From the NCBI GenBank assembly GCA_964510575.1, contig CAZECN010000002.1, positions 82,314-146,313 of the forward strand: a stretch of DNA of 64,000 nt, written 5' to 3'. This document shows, in pieces, positions 29,437-37,535 of this stretch. This DNA is from an uncultured Bdellovibrionales bacterium (GTDB taxonomy: Bacteria; Bdellovibrionota_C; UBA2361; SZUA-149; CALKYB01). A program made the translations under genes and the position numbers. Below the pieces are notes generated by a model. The model worked only from the letters and a program-made list of their open reading frames with translations. It searched no databases and had not been told where the DNA came from. How positions within the stretch are numbered: the stretch's first letter is position 1; each line of letters begins with the position of its first letter.

Positions 29437-30702
29437 TTAACCAAATAGTCCCAGTGTTTCTTTTTCAAAAGTTTCTGGAAATACTGGTGCCGGGTTGAAC
29501 CCAAGCCAACTAATCATCTCGCTGAAAGCATTTCTGAAATCAATTCTTTGAGGAAGCCATTCTTCGGAAAATGTTTCGGTGTCAATTTCAGGACCTTTTA
29601 CTCCTCCGTTTACTCCTCCACCGATGACTAGCATTGCAGAACCCCAACCGTGATCAGTTCCGCCAGAACCGTTCTCGAAAGTCTTTCGTCCAAATTCTGT
29701 AAATATGCAAATCGCTGTGCTGTTCCACTTTCCGATTGCTTTCATATCAGCTTCAAAAGCGCCAATAGCCATATCAACTAAAGCAAGTATGCCAGCTTGG
29801 GTTCCTTCAATCCCGCCTTGGCCAGCATGGTTATCCCAGCCGCCCATTCCTCCGTAGAACACACGAGTTCCCAGCCCGCCATTGATTAAAGTAGAAACCT
29901 CTCTCAAGTATCTAGCTGCACCATCTGAGCCGTAGTCACCAGTTGCTTCATAGGCTGAAAGAGCAGCCTGAATGTCGCTAACCGAACTTTGAGTAGTTTT
30001 GTGCCCAAGGTCGACTTCCCTACGAATTGAAGAGTCTCGCTCGTAACTCCTTCCGGTAATATTTCCTAGGATTTCTTGCTTCAGATTATTGTCTCCTATG
30101 ACTGGGATGCCACCATCTAATGTGGCCCCTCGTTGGTATGTCAGAGATCCTAAGCTTCCGGCAACAAGAGGTCTGTTCTCTTCTCTATTAGCGAGAAAGT
30201 CTATCTTTGGCCCAGTCCCTAAGCCAACAGTACTGTATTTTTCAGCTTGGAAATAAATATCTCCCAACCTGCCTAACCAACCTCTTCTGTCTTGGTCAGA
30301 AGTTGTTCCTCTTGAGAAAATATCTTGAGCTGTGAAATGAGAGCGGGTGCCAACTGGATCACCAATGAATTTAATAACTGCACAATTCTCTTCGTCGAAA
30401 ATTCTTTTAAGATTTGAAAGTGATGGGTGAAAGCCTATACCTCCGTCCAATGGGAGAATAGCATCAGCGGGAATTGCAATACTACTTCTCTTCTCGTAAT
30501 ACTCGGCAACCCCGACTGGAATAGTAAAACTATTTAGAGGATCGCAGCCACCAAACTGATTAAAAAGAACAAGAGATCTACCATTTCCAGCACTAGTTTG
30601 CGCCCAAGCGAATGGGTCTTTTTGACTGCCAAAAGCTGCTGCACAACAAGCACCTGTTCCAGCCGCGAACATGGATTTAAGAAACTTTCTTCGATTTATC
30701 AT
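29437..30702 (-). CDS. DUF1501 family protein (sulfatase/alkaline-phosphatase-like), Tat signal
   Basis: 421 aa. Twin-arginine MINRRKFLKSMFAAGTGA. GGWDNHAGQ...FTEFGRKTFENGSGGTDHGWGSAMLVIGGGVNGG matches the DUF1501 core pattern. Confidence 0.8.
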   Translation of the reverse strand: MINRRKFLKSMFAAGTGACCAAAFGSQKDPFAWAQTSAGNGRSLVLFNQFGGCDPLNSFTIPVGVAEYYEKRSSIAIPADAILPLDGGIGFHPSLSNLKRIFDEENCAVIKFIGDPVGTRSHFTAQDIFSRGTTSDQDRRGWLGRLGDIYFQAEKYSTVGLGTGPKIDFLANREENRPLVAGSLGSLTYQRGATLDGGIPVIGDNNLKQEILGNITGRSYERDSSIRREVDLGHKTTQSSVSDIQAALSAYEATGDYGSDGAARYLREVSTLINGGLGTRVFYGGMGGWDNHAGQGGIEGTQAGILALVDMAIGAFEADMKAIGKWNSTAICIFTEFGRKTFENGSGGTDHGWGSAMLVIGGGVNGGVKGPEIDTETFSEEWLPQRIDFRNAFSEMISWLGFNPAPVFPETFEKETLGLFG

Positions 30703-30723
30703 TATAATGTCCCTCGCTTAGAA

Positions 30724-33700
30724 TCAGTATGTCATGTAATCACGATGTTGCGTAAGGAGCCAGAGAAGACCTCTAACTTTTACTGCCAAAAGAGCCTCAT
30801 TGTTTTCAATCTCTGCGGGCTCTTCATTATCGTTGTTTCTTCTTATTGTTACTAGGTAATTCTCTAGCTCGGCCTTATCTGTTTCATCGAGCTCTAAACC
30901 AAGAAGCTCGCTTAGCTCAGTCACAACGGCAGCAGGGTCTGAACCATCTCTACTGTTCGGAATAAGTGATAGTACATCAAAGTCTTCAAACTCAGCAGTT
31001 AGAGCAGTTAGATAGCGGTTGATGCCATTGGCGTAACCAGGCAACCAGCCTAGAAAATAGGTGGACTTATAATTTTGCCCGTGTTTGTTCATCGGCCAAC
31101 CATTGACGCTGTTAGGAGCCAGGGGTTCGAATCCCATGTTTACTTGGGAAAGATTATTCCTCAGAGTTGTCTGATTGTAAGGAATACCCGTTCTTTTTAG
31201 AAAGCCAACAGTAAACGTTGCTCCATCCTTAACCTTGTTGTGCCTTGCCTCTGGTGAGAAAAACGCTTCCGAGCGAAGTAGTCTTCTTATTACTTGCTTT
31301 AAATTCCACTCTTGATTGATCAGTGTGGTAGCAAGACTATCGATCTGGGCTTCTGTGGGTTTATCATGAACAAAAGCGTTGAATAGTCTTGTTACAACCC
31401 ATTTTGCGGCTTCTGGGCGAGTATCAAGTGTAAGATTAACAATATCTTCTTGATTAAAGGCTCCAGTTGCCTCGTAAGGAGTGCCAGCCCAAATAGTTTT
31501 TTCGCCTTCATCATAGAAGTTTTCATTTAGAAACACTTCTCGGGGAAGATCGGTGTCTGTATCGAAAATAGCTCTCCAACCTGTAAACGCTCGAGCTGAT
31601 TCTGCAACGTCTTCAGAGTTATAGAGTCTCACTCCATCTGAATTCTCGGTTGTTTCGCCGAGCGTAAATAATTCCCAGAACTCTCGTGAATAATTTTCAT
31701 CAGGTTTTCCTTTTCGGTTTAGGGTCCCATTTAGCCAACGAAGCATTAGAAAGTCAGTGGTGATTTCTGTTGCTAGGGTTTTGAAGTTTCCAAGAGCGTG
31801 TCCACGGATAAGTTCAATGTGAGCTTTACAAGGTTGTCTACTTACTAGACCCCCTCTACAGGAAGTTGCAAATAGGTCATGAAGAATCAGTGCCATCCTT
31901 TCTTGCAGACCATTTTCGCCCTTAATCATCATCTCATTCCAGGCCGATCTGATTGCGTTGATGCGTAAGTCTTCAGAGCTATCTATATACTCGTCTAGGG
32001 AGCCGTTGGTCGCTTTACGAATCAGTTTGTTCACTGATTCAACTACACCATCTTCCATTATTTCTTGTCGCTGCTCTAGGGTTCCACCTAGGTTAGCCTT
32101 CATCAAAAGATGCTCGGCTTCCTGCCAAGTAAGCTCCTTCTCATACACCGCTAGAGAATTAGGGTTTCCTGTAAAAGACTCTCCCGAAGAGGAAGAGCTA
32201 GAGGAACTAGAAGAACTAGAGCTACTGGACGAGCTAGAGCTAGAAGAACTAGAACTAGAAGAACTAGAGCTACTGGATGAGCTAGAGCCTGAGGAGCTGG
32301 AAGTTGATGAACTAGAACTACCAGATGAACTAGAACTAGATGATGAGCTTGAAGTTGGGGTTGGTGGTAGGATGATTTTTCGAAAATCCCCTTGGTCTTC
32401 CTTCACTACTCCATTGATCAAATAGATGTTTCCAATCCGACCTTGAGAGTCAGGGAAAGAACGGAGCATGTATGCACTCACTGCTTCGTCACCTTTTCCT
32501 TGAACTTTCAAACTACCGACTGCATCCCTTCCTAAAGGTGCACCAGCGTTGATATCTTGGTTGCTGCCAGCAGTGAGGGTAGCTTGTTCAGAGTTTAATT
32601 CCTCACCCTGCATGTTATAAACTTTGAAGGCCTTGCTGATCGTTTCAGAAGAAGTATTTCCAAGCTTGAGCCAATTATAAGAATCAAGAAAAGAGTTAAC
32701 CGGAAGGGCAATCAATTCATTGTCACCAGCTCTATTGGATGAAAATTCTTGAATAGCATAAACCCAAGCTGGGGTAGTTCTGTCATGAGTTCCAATTTGA
32801 GTAGTCTGGGCAATGATACGGTCGGAGTCGCTAGAACATACTAGCTCCACGCTACCTATGGCCCCAGTTCCACTAGGATCAATAAAGGTGTTAAGCGGCA
32901 TTCTGAAGCGACTTTTAGCTTCGATGGAGGCAACTCTTGTTCTGAGTAGTTCTCCTTGCTGATTATAAATTTTGACCTCTGGAGACAAAGTAGAATTGCC
33001 CATATTGGCTAGGTCTAACCAACTGGAGGTAAACTGACTTCCCATAGTTGAAGCTTGCAGTCTGTTGCCTCCACAGTCTGACTTTTTTGCAATTGTTGGA
33101 AATGCGAAATTTGCCGCATTCTGATTTGCATAGTCGCCATATTGTACAAGAAAAGCTTGGTAATACTGGCTCGGATCTACTGGATGAATAATGTAACTAC
33201 CTTGAGCGTTCGTTCCTGGCGCACTGGCAGGCATGTCAATTCTTCCACCGGCAGCCAAGGCGTCAATTGTGTATGTATTTATTTGATTTCCAGTTGGATC
33301 ATAAAATTCCACCAAGGCGCTAAATTCACGGTCAGTATTGTTAACAACGGTTAACCAGTTTGCGGAATTATTATCTACTTGGAAGTTTTCAATAGAGGCA
33401 ATTTGACCAAATTTTTTGCCTGGCTCTCCAGCAGCAACTGGAATTGAATAGATGAAGTCGTGTTTCTTTGTTGAGCCACTAACACCTGGACGGTAAACTA
33501 CAGTTCTACAGCTCAAAGAAGAGGGTCTGCTGGAGACAACTCCAAAGCAGCCATAGGTGTCTTCAATAGAAATCGTCTCGTTGACTACTTTATGTACACT
33601 TCCTTTAGCTGGGATTTGAAAACTGTCGCTAGCGATTTTTTCGCCACCGCTAGTTTTGTATTCTAGCGTGACGCTTAAATCGGACTGCGAGACATTCTCA

Positions 33701-33828
33701 CACTCCACAATGTTAACTTGGTCAAGAAAGCCATTGAAGACTCCGACGTAGTTTCCGTCGTCGGCACAAGCTAGCGCGGAAGTGAAGAAGATATACAATA
33801 CAAAAAGTGAAAACCTAAGCTGTTTCAT
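30724..33828 (-). CDS. large secreted protein: four tandem ~120-aa repeat modules + poly-Ser linker + C-terminal DUF1800 domain
   Basis: 1034 aa. Signal peptide, repeat modules (see findings), about 70 consecutive Ser/Gly/Thr residues, and a C-terminal region with HLLMKANLGG and DENYSREFWELFTLGETTENSDGVRLYNSEDVAESARAFTGWRA matching DUF1800 signatures. It sits immediately upstream of DUF1501 on the same strand (21-bp gap). Confidence 0.75.
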   Translation of the reverse strand: MKQLRFSLFVLYIFFTSALACADDGNYVGVFNGFLDQVNIVECENVSQSDLSVTLEYKTSGGEKIASDSFQIPAKGSVHKVVNETISIEDTYGCFGVVSSRPSSLSCRTVVYRPGVSGSTKKHDFIYSIPVAAGEPGKKFGQIASIENFQVDNNSANWLTVVNNTDREFSALVEFYDPTGNQINTYTIDALAAGGRIDMPASAPGTNAQGSYIIHPVDPSQYYQAFLVQYGDYANQNAANFAFPTIAKKSDCGGNRLQASTMGSQFTSSWLDLANMGNSTLSPEVKIYNQQGELLRTRVASIEAKSRFRMPLNTFIDPSGTGAIGSVELVCSSDSDRIIAQTTQIGTHDRTTPAWVYAIQEFSSNRAGDNELIALPVNSFLDSYNWLKLGNTSSETISKAFKVYNMQGEELNSEQATLTAGSNQDINAGAPLGRDAVGSLKVQGKGDEAVSAYMLRSFPDSQGRIGNIYLINGVVKEDQGDFRKIILPPTPTSSSSSSSSSSGSSSSSTSSSSGSSSSSSSSSSSSSSSSSSSSSSSSSSSSSSSSSSGESFTGNPNSLAVYEKELTWQEAEHLLMKANLGGTLEQRQEIMEDGVVESVNKLIRKATNGSLDEYIDSSEDLRINAIRSAWNEMMIKGENGLQERMALILHDLFATSCRGGLVSRQPCKAHIELIRGHALGNFKTLATEITTDFLMLRWLNGTLNRKGKPDENYSREFWELFTLGETTENSDGVRLYNSEDVAESARAFTGWRAIFDTDTDLPREVFLNENFYDEGEKTIWAGTPYEATGAFNQEDIVNLTLDTRPEAAKWVVTRLFNAFVHDKPTEAQIDSLATTLINQEWNLKQVIRRLLRSEAFFSPEARHNKVKDGATFTVGFLKRTGIPYNQTTLRNNLSQVNMGFEPLAPNSVNGWPMNKHGQNYKSTYFLGWLPGYANGINRYLTALTAEFEDFDVLSLIPNSRDGSDPAAVVTELSELLGLELDETDKAELENYLVTIRRNNDNEEPAEIENNEALLAVKVRGLLWLLTQHRDYMTY
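32185..32358 (-). repeat. low-complexity poly-serine coding tract (~70 Ser) inside the DUF1800 gene
   Basis: The plus strand reads GAA/CTA/GAG-rich (EELEELEL... antisense shadow). The minus strand encodes Ser with mixed AGC/AGT/TCT/TCG/TCC codons. Confidence 0.8.
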
Positions 33829-33979
33829 AACCTTAACCTGAATCTATAGTGGCCCTAATCATCATTGTGGGTTTTTAACTGTATAATGTGAGATCGGCTT
33901 TTCAGGAGATATTCTTGAAGAATCTACTTAGTAGAAAAAACCCTTTCCTTTCAAGTGCTTAGGAGCAAGAAGTGGGCTA

Positions 33980-34711
33980 TTATTTACTAAGAGCCTTTTC
34001 CACTATTGGGTGTAGTTGTTCGAGCCACTGAATATAAGCTTTTGGACTTAAGTGAATTCCGTCGTCTGAGTAGAGCCCTTTTCCTTTCATAAAACTGTTC
34101 GCTTCTAGAAAAACGCAGTTTGAAATATCTTTGCAATATTTTTTTATTAAAGAATTACTCTTTTCAACTGACTCGAGACTATACACGGGATTTTTGAGTT
34201 CCTCCGTTTTAAAAACCCCAGTCCAAATAATAGGTGAGTTTGTGAATTTCTTTAAGTTTTCAGTCATGAACTTTAGAGCTTGATCAATTTCTGAAATGCT
34301 ACTTCTTCGATGTGCTAAGTTGTTTGTTCCAATTTGTATGAGGATGGCATCAGTATTGGCTAGTGAGTTTTGATAATCTTTAATTCTAAGGGTTAGCCCT
34401 TCAATAGTATCACCCGAAATTGCAAAATTTAAATATGTCCTACCTAGTCCGTTGGGGTTCATGCCCTGCAAATGGCTATCTCCAAGCAAGACTATTTCAG
34501 GAGCATCCTTTTGTTGTTCTTCTAGGAGCCTAAGCTTGGAGCTTTGTTTTTTGATAAAGGTTCTTCTGTAAAGATATTCGAAGCCTAGTTGGGGAGGGAA
34601 GTAACTAAGTAGCAGCAGGGTGATACAGAAGATAGGGGCTATGAAGCCTAGAAATTTAATGAACTTAGGAAGAATGGGCGTTTTTTTTAATAATTGTTTA
34701 TTTTCAGCCAT
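33980..34711 (-). CDS. SGNH/GDSL family hydrolase (lipase/esterase-like)
   Basis: 243 aa. N-terminal TM anchor, block I LLGDSHLQG, block III-like GTNN, DGIHLS near the C-terminus. Confidence 0.7.
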   Translation of the reverse strand: MAENKQLLKKTPILPKFIKFLGFIAPIFCITLLLLSYFPPQLGFEYLYRRTFIKKQSSKLRLLEEQQKDAPEIVLLGDSHLQGMNPNGLGRTYLNFAISGDTIEGLTLRIKDYQNSLANTDAILIQIGTNNLAHRRSSISEIDQALKFMTENLKKFTNSPIIWTGVFKTEELKNPVYSLESVEKSNSLIKKYCKDISNCVFLEANSFMKGKGLYSDDGIHLSPKAYIQWLEQLHPIVEKALSK

Positions 34712-34951
34712 TGAAATACACCTGAGCTAGGTTTCAAAGGTGGAGTGCTCCGTGATGATAGCAGTGTGCTCTCTCGCCGAACAACTGACAAATGTTAATC
34801 GGGCTTTTGGTTTTATTTTGAGTCAGTAGTTATCAGAGCCATCAAAGACCTAGATTGGCAGTAAAAGCTTGTCCCATTCAATTTGTTTTACTAGGCTTTT
34901 ACTTATAGGGCGTTTCGGTAGCATCAGATTTACCTCCAAGGATTAAGAGAC

Positions 34952-35254
34952 ATGTCAGTTAGAGAATTTTTTGATGGCTGGAAGTGGTATAAATGGATTT
35001 TACTTGTGTTGATGGGCATCGCTTTCTTTTGGCATTGCACTTATGCTTTTAGGCTTCTGGGAGCTGACAAATATCTGTTAAATGTGCCTGCTGCCAGGCC
35101 AATGGGTGAAGCTTTAGTGAATTTGGACGAGGTTCGAAGGAGAACAGGCCGAAAATTCGAAGGCTGGTTGAACGGAAATTGCAAGATCGTTCTGAAAGGT
35201 GGCTGCCCCAAATTTTCAAGCTTTAGTAAGTTTGTTATGGGAATGGGGGCTTAG
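34952..35254 (+). CDS. small membrane protein, hypothetical
   Basis: 100 aa with one hydrophobic segment. No family recognised. Confidence 0.3.
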   Translation: MSVREFFDGWKWYKWILLVLMGIAFFWHCTYAFRLLGADKYLLNVPAARPMGEALVNLDEVRRRTGRKFEGWLNGNCKIVLKGGCPKFSSFSKFVMGMGA

Positions 35255-35258
35255 TTTT

Positions 35259-36008
35259 CTAGACAGCTCTTTTTAGGTAAGAGCGCAGTCTTAGTAGAGC
35301 TCGCGAGCGTATTTGAGATGCTCTTGACTCAGTGACCCCAATTATTTCACCAATTTCTTTGAGATTTAGCTCCTCGTAAAAATATAAGCTAATCACTAGT
35401 CTTTCCTTCTCGGGTAACCTATCAAGAGCGCGAGCTATAATCTCAACTCTTTCTCCTTCAAGTAAATCTTTTAGTGGATCAGGTTGGCCGCTTGGCAGGT
35501 ATTCATCTGCCATGAATCGTTCATCACCATGTCCAAATCCCAGCTCTTCGAAGCTAAGTATGACAGCTCCTGATACGTCTCCAAGCATTTTATGAAGTTC
35601 GTCAATGGTTAGGCCCATTTCTTCAGCAACCTCATTGTCTTCTGCGGGACGACCTAGCTCTTTTTCTAATTTGAGATAAGCATTTTCTAGTTTGTGAGCT
35701 TTGTGTCTTAGTGATCGAGGAGCCCAGTCCTGTGAGCGAAAGCTATCAAGAATTGCTCCACGAATTCTAAACTGAGCATATGTTGAAAAACTAGTTTCAT
35801 GTTGAGGATCATATTTTTCTAGTGCATCGACGAGTCCGATGATCCCTGAATTTAACATTTCCTTGATATCCACCTCGGAAGGAAGCCTTCCAGCTAAACG
35901 ATGGACTACTCTTTTCACCAGCGGAATGTAGTTTTTGATCAACTCGTCTCGTTGATCCTCATCCGCTGACCGGTATGAGTTCGGATTGTTCTTCGTTTCA
36001 GCGCTCAC
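35259..36008 (-). CDS. fliA: RNA polymerase sigma factor, FliA/WhiG (sigma-28) family
   Basis: 249 aa. Region 2 (DALEKYDPQHETSFSTYAQFRIRGAILDSFR), region 3 and a region 4 helix-turn-helix (LKEIGEIIGVTESRASQI). No flagellar or chemotaxis genes are in the window. Confidence 0.7.
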   Translation of the reverse strand: MSAETKNNPNSYRSADEDQRDELIKNYIPLVKRVVHRLAGRLPSEVDIKEMLNSGIIGLVDALEKYDPQHETSFSTYAQFRIRGAILDSFRSQDWAPRSLRHKAHKLENAYLKLEKELGRPAEDNEVAEEMGLTIDELHKMLGDVSGAVILSFEELGFGHGDERFMADEYLPSGQPDPLKDLLEGERVEIIARALDRLPEKERLVISLYFYEELNLKEIGEIIGVTESRASQIRSRALLRLRSYLKRAV

Positions 36009-36529
36009 CCTGATAAACCCTTTGTTACTGCATAAAAAAATTTGCCTTCAAGTCCGGCTCTTATAGCAGTCAGGGGAAACCTTTTTTTGTTAACTAAAAA
36101 AACCTTCCCAGCTGATTGCCTTAAGAATGAACAATTAAATGCTCAGCCCTAAAAATAGCCTCAATTAGGATGTAGTTTAGGCTTGAAAGGATGATTAAAT
36201 CTTCCCTCGATTAACAACTGTATAGAATAATTAGGTTTTCCCTATTAAAAAAGTTGGCTTTACGGAGCACTCTTTATAGAAGGTCTTGAAGCCTTAGAAG
36301 TGGTTGTTCAAAAGAGTAGTTTTTGACGCCCTAACAGCTTAAAAATCTTAGGGAATTTGGTAGAGGCTCAAACGGTGGTTTCCCGGGCGGCTAAGCCCTT
36401 GAAAATAGTGCTTTTCTTGGAAGACTTTGGTAGACCATCAATCTTGGAGTCCTTTGCTCGGTCTATTTTGAGCCCTAGCCTGAATGGATTCTCTATAATT
36501 TTGCATAATAATTTACGGAGGAAGTAGCC

Positions 36530-37522
36530 ATGTCGAGGCGGGTTAATGTGTATTCGATTGGAAACGCAATTGTCGACCTACAGCTTAAAGTTTCTGAAGA
36601 AGCATTTAGTGAACTGGGCCTGGAGAAAGGTTCAATGAACCTAATAGATTCTTCTGAGCAAACAGCTTTGTTATCTCGTCTGGACAGCAAGGATATTAAT
36701 AAGGCCAGCGGTGGTTCAGCGGCTAACTCAATGATTGCAGTTGCTCAACTGGGTGGTAGCGCAGCCTACGGTTGTCTGGTCGGAGATGATGAATTTGGTA
36801 AGTTTTACTCCACGGAAATGAGTGAACTTGGCATAACCTTATATACGAACCCCGCTGAGGGAGGATCCACCGGTTCTTCGGTCATTTTAATTACACCCGA
36901 TGCCGAACGAACTATGAACACCTGTCTCGGTGTTAGTGCAGAGTTTGGTCCAGAGCATATAAGCTCGAAAATAATGAAGGACTCGGAGTGGCTATTTATT
37001 GAAGGTTATCTTTTTTCTACCCCTAAGGGGCAGGAGGCCGTTCGTAAAGCTGTTTCAGTCGCAGGTAAGTGCGGAACCAGAATTGCGGTGACAGTTTCCG
37101 ATGCTTTCATAGTCGATGTTTTTGGTGAACCTCTTCGGGAAACTCTGAAGTATGCTGATCTAGTTTTCGCTAACTATACAGAAGCTGAAAAATATGTGGG
37201 CTCTGGGGATGATGTCATTGGCCGTTTCCAAGAGGAATTTACCAACTCCGTTGTCACTAGGGGCAGCGAGGGGGCAGTGGTGAATTTTGATGGAGTCCGT
37301 TCAGAGATAGCCCCGGTTAAAACAGAGGCGGTGGATGACACTGGTGCAGGAGATATGTTTGCTGGTAGTTTTCTTTATGGAATCAGTAATGGCTATGATG
37401 GTCAGCAGGCTGGTAATTTAGCGAGTAAGCTATCTTCAAGGATAGTTTCAAAGCTTGGACCACGTTTAGAGAATGATCACTTGTCGGATTTGGATAGTAT
37501 TAAAGTTCAAATTGCGGCTTAG
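36530..37522 (+). CDS. PfkB-family carbohydrate/nucleoside kinase (adenosine kinase-like)
   Basis: 330 aa. N-terminal GNAIVD motif and C-terminal DTGAGDMFAGSF anion-hole motif of the ribokinase/PfkB superfamily. Confidence 0.7.
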   Translation: MSRRVNVYSIGNAIVDLQLKVSEEAFSELGLEKGSMNLIDSSEQTALLSRLDSKDINKASGGSAANSMIAVAQLGGSAAYGCLVGDDEFGKFYSTEMSELGITLYTNPAEGGSTGSSVILITPDAERTMNTCLGVSAEFGPEHISSKIMKDSEWLFIEGYLFSTPKGQEAVRKAVSVAGKCGTRIAVTVSDAFIVDVFGEPLRETLKYADLVFANYTEAEKYVGSGDDVIGRFQEEFTNSVVTRGSEGAVVNFDGVRSEIAPVKTEAVDDTGAGDMFAGSFLYGISNGYDGQQAGNLASKLSSRIVSKLGPRLENDHLSDLDSIKVQIAA

Positions 37523-37535
37523 GAATTAGGGTTTT

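Noticed and set aside
31958-32425. 155-aa plus-strand ORF rich in ELEELEEL repeats
   Set aside because: It is the antisense shadow of the poly-Ser coding tract of the 1034-aa DUF1800 gene on the minus strand. Low-complexity complementarity is the only reason it stays open.
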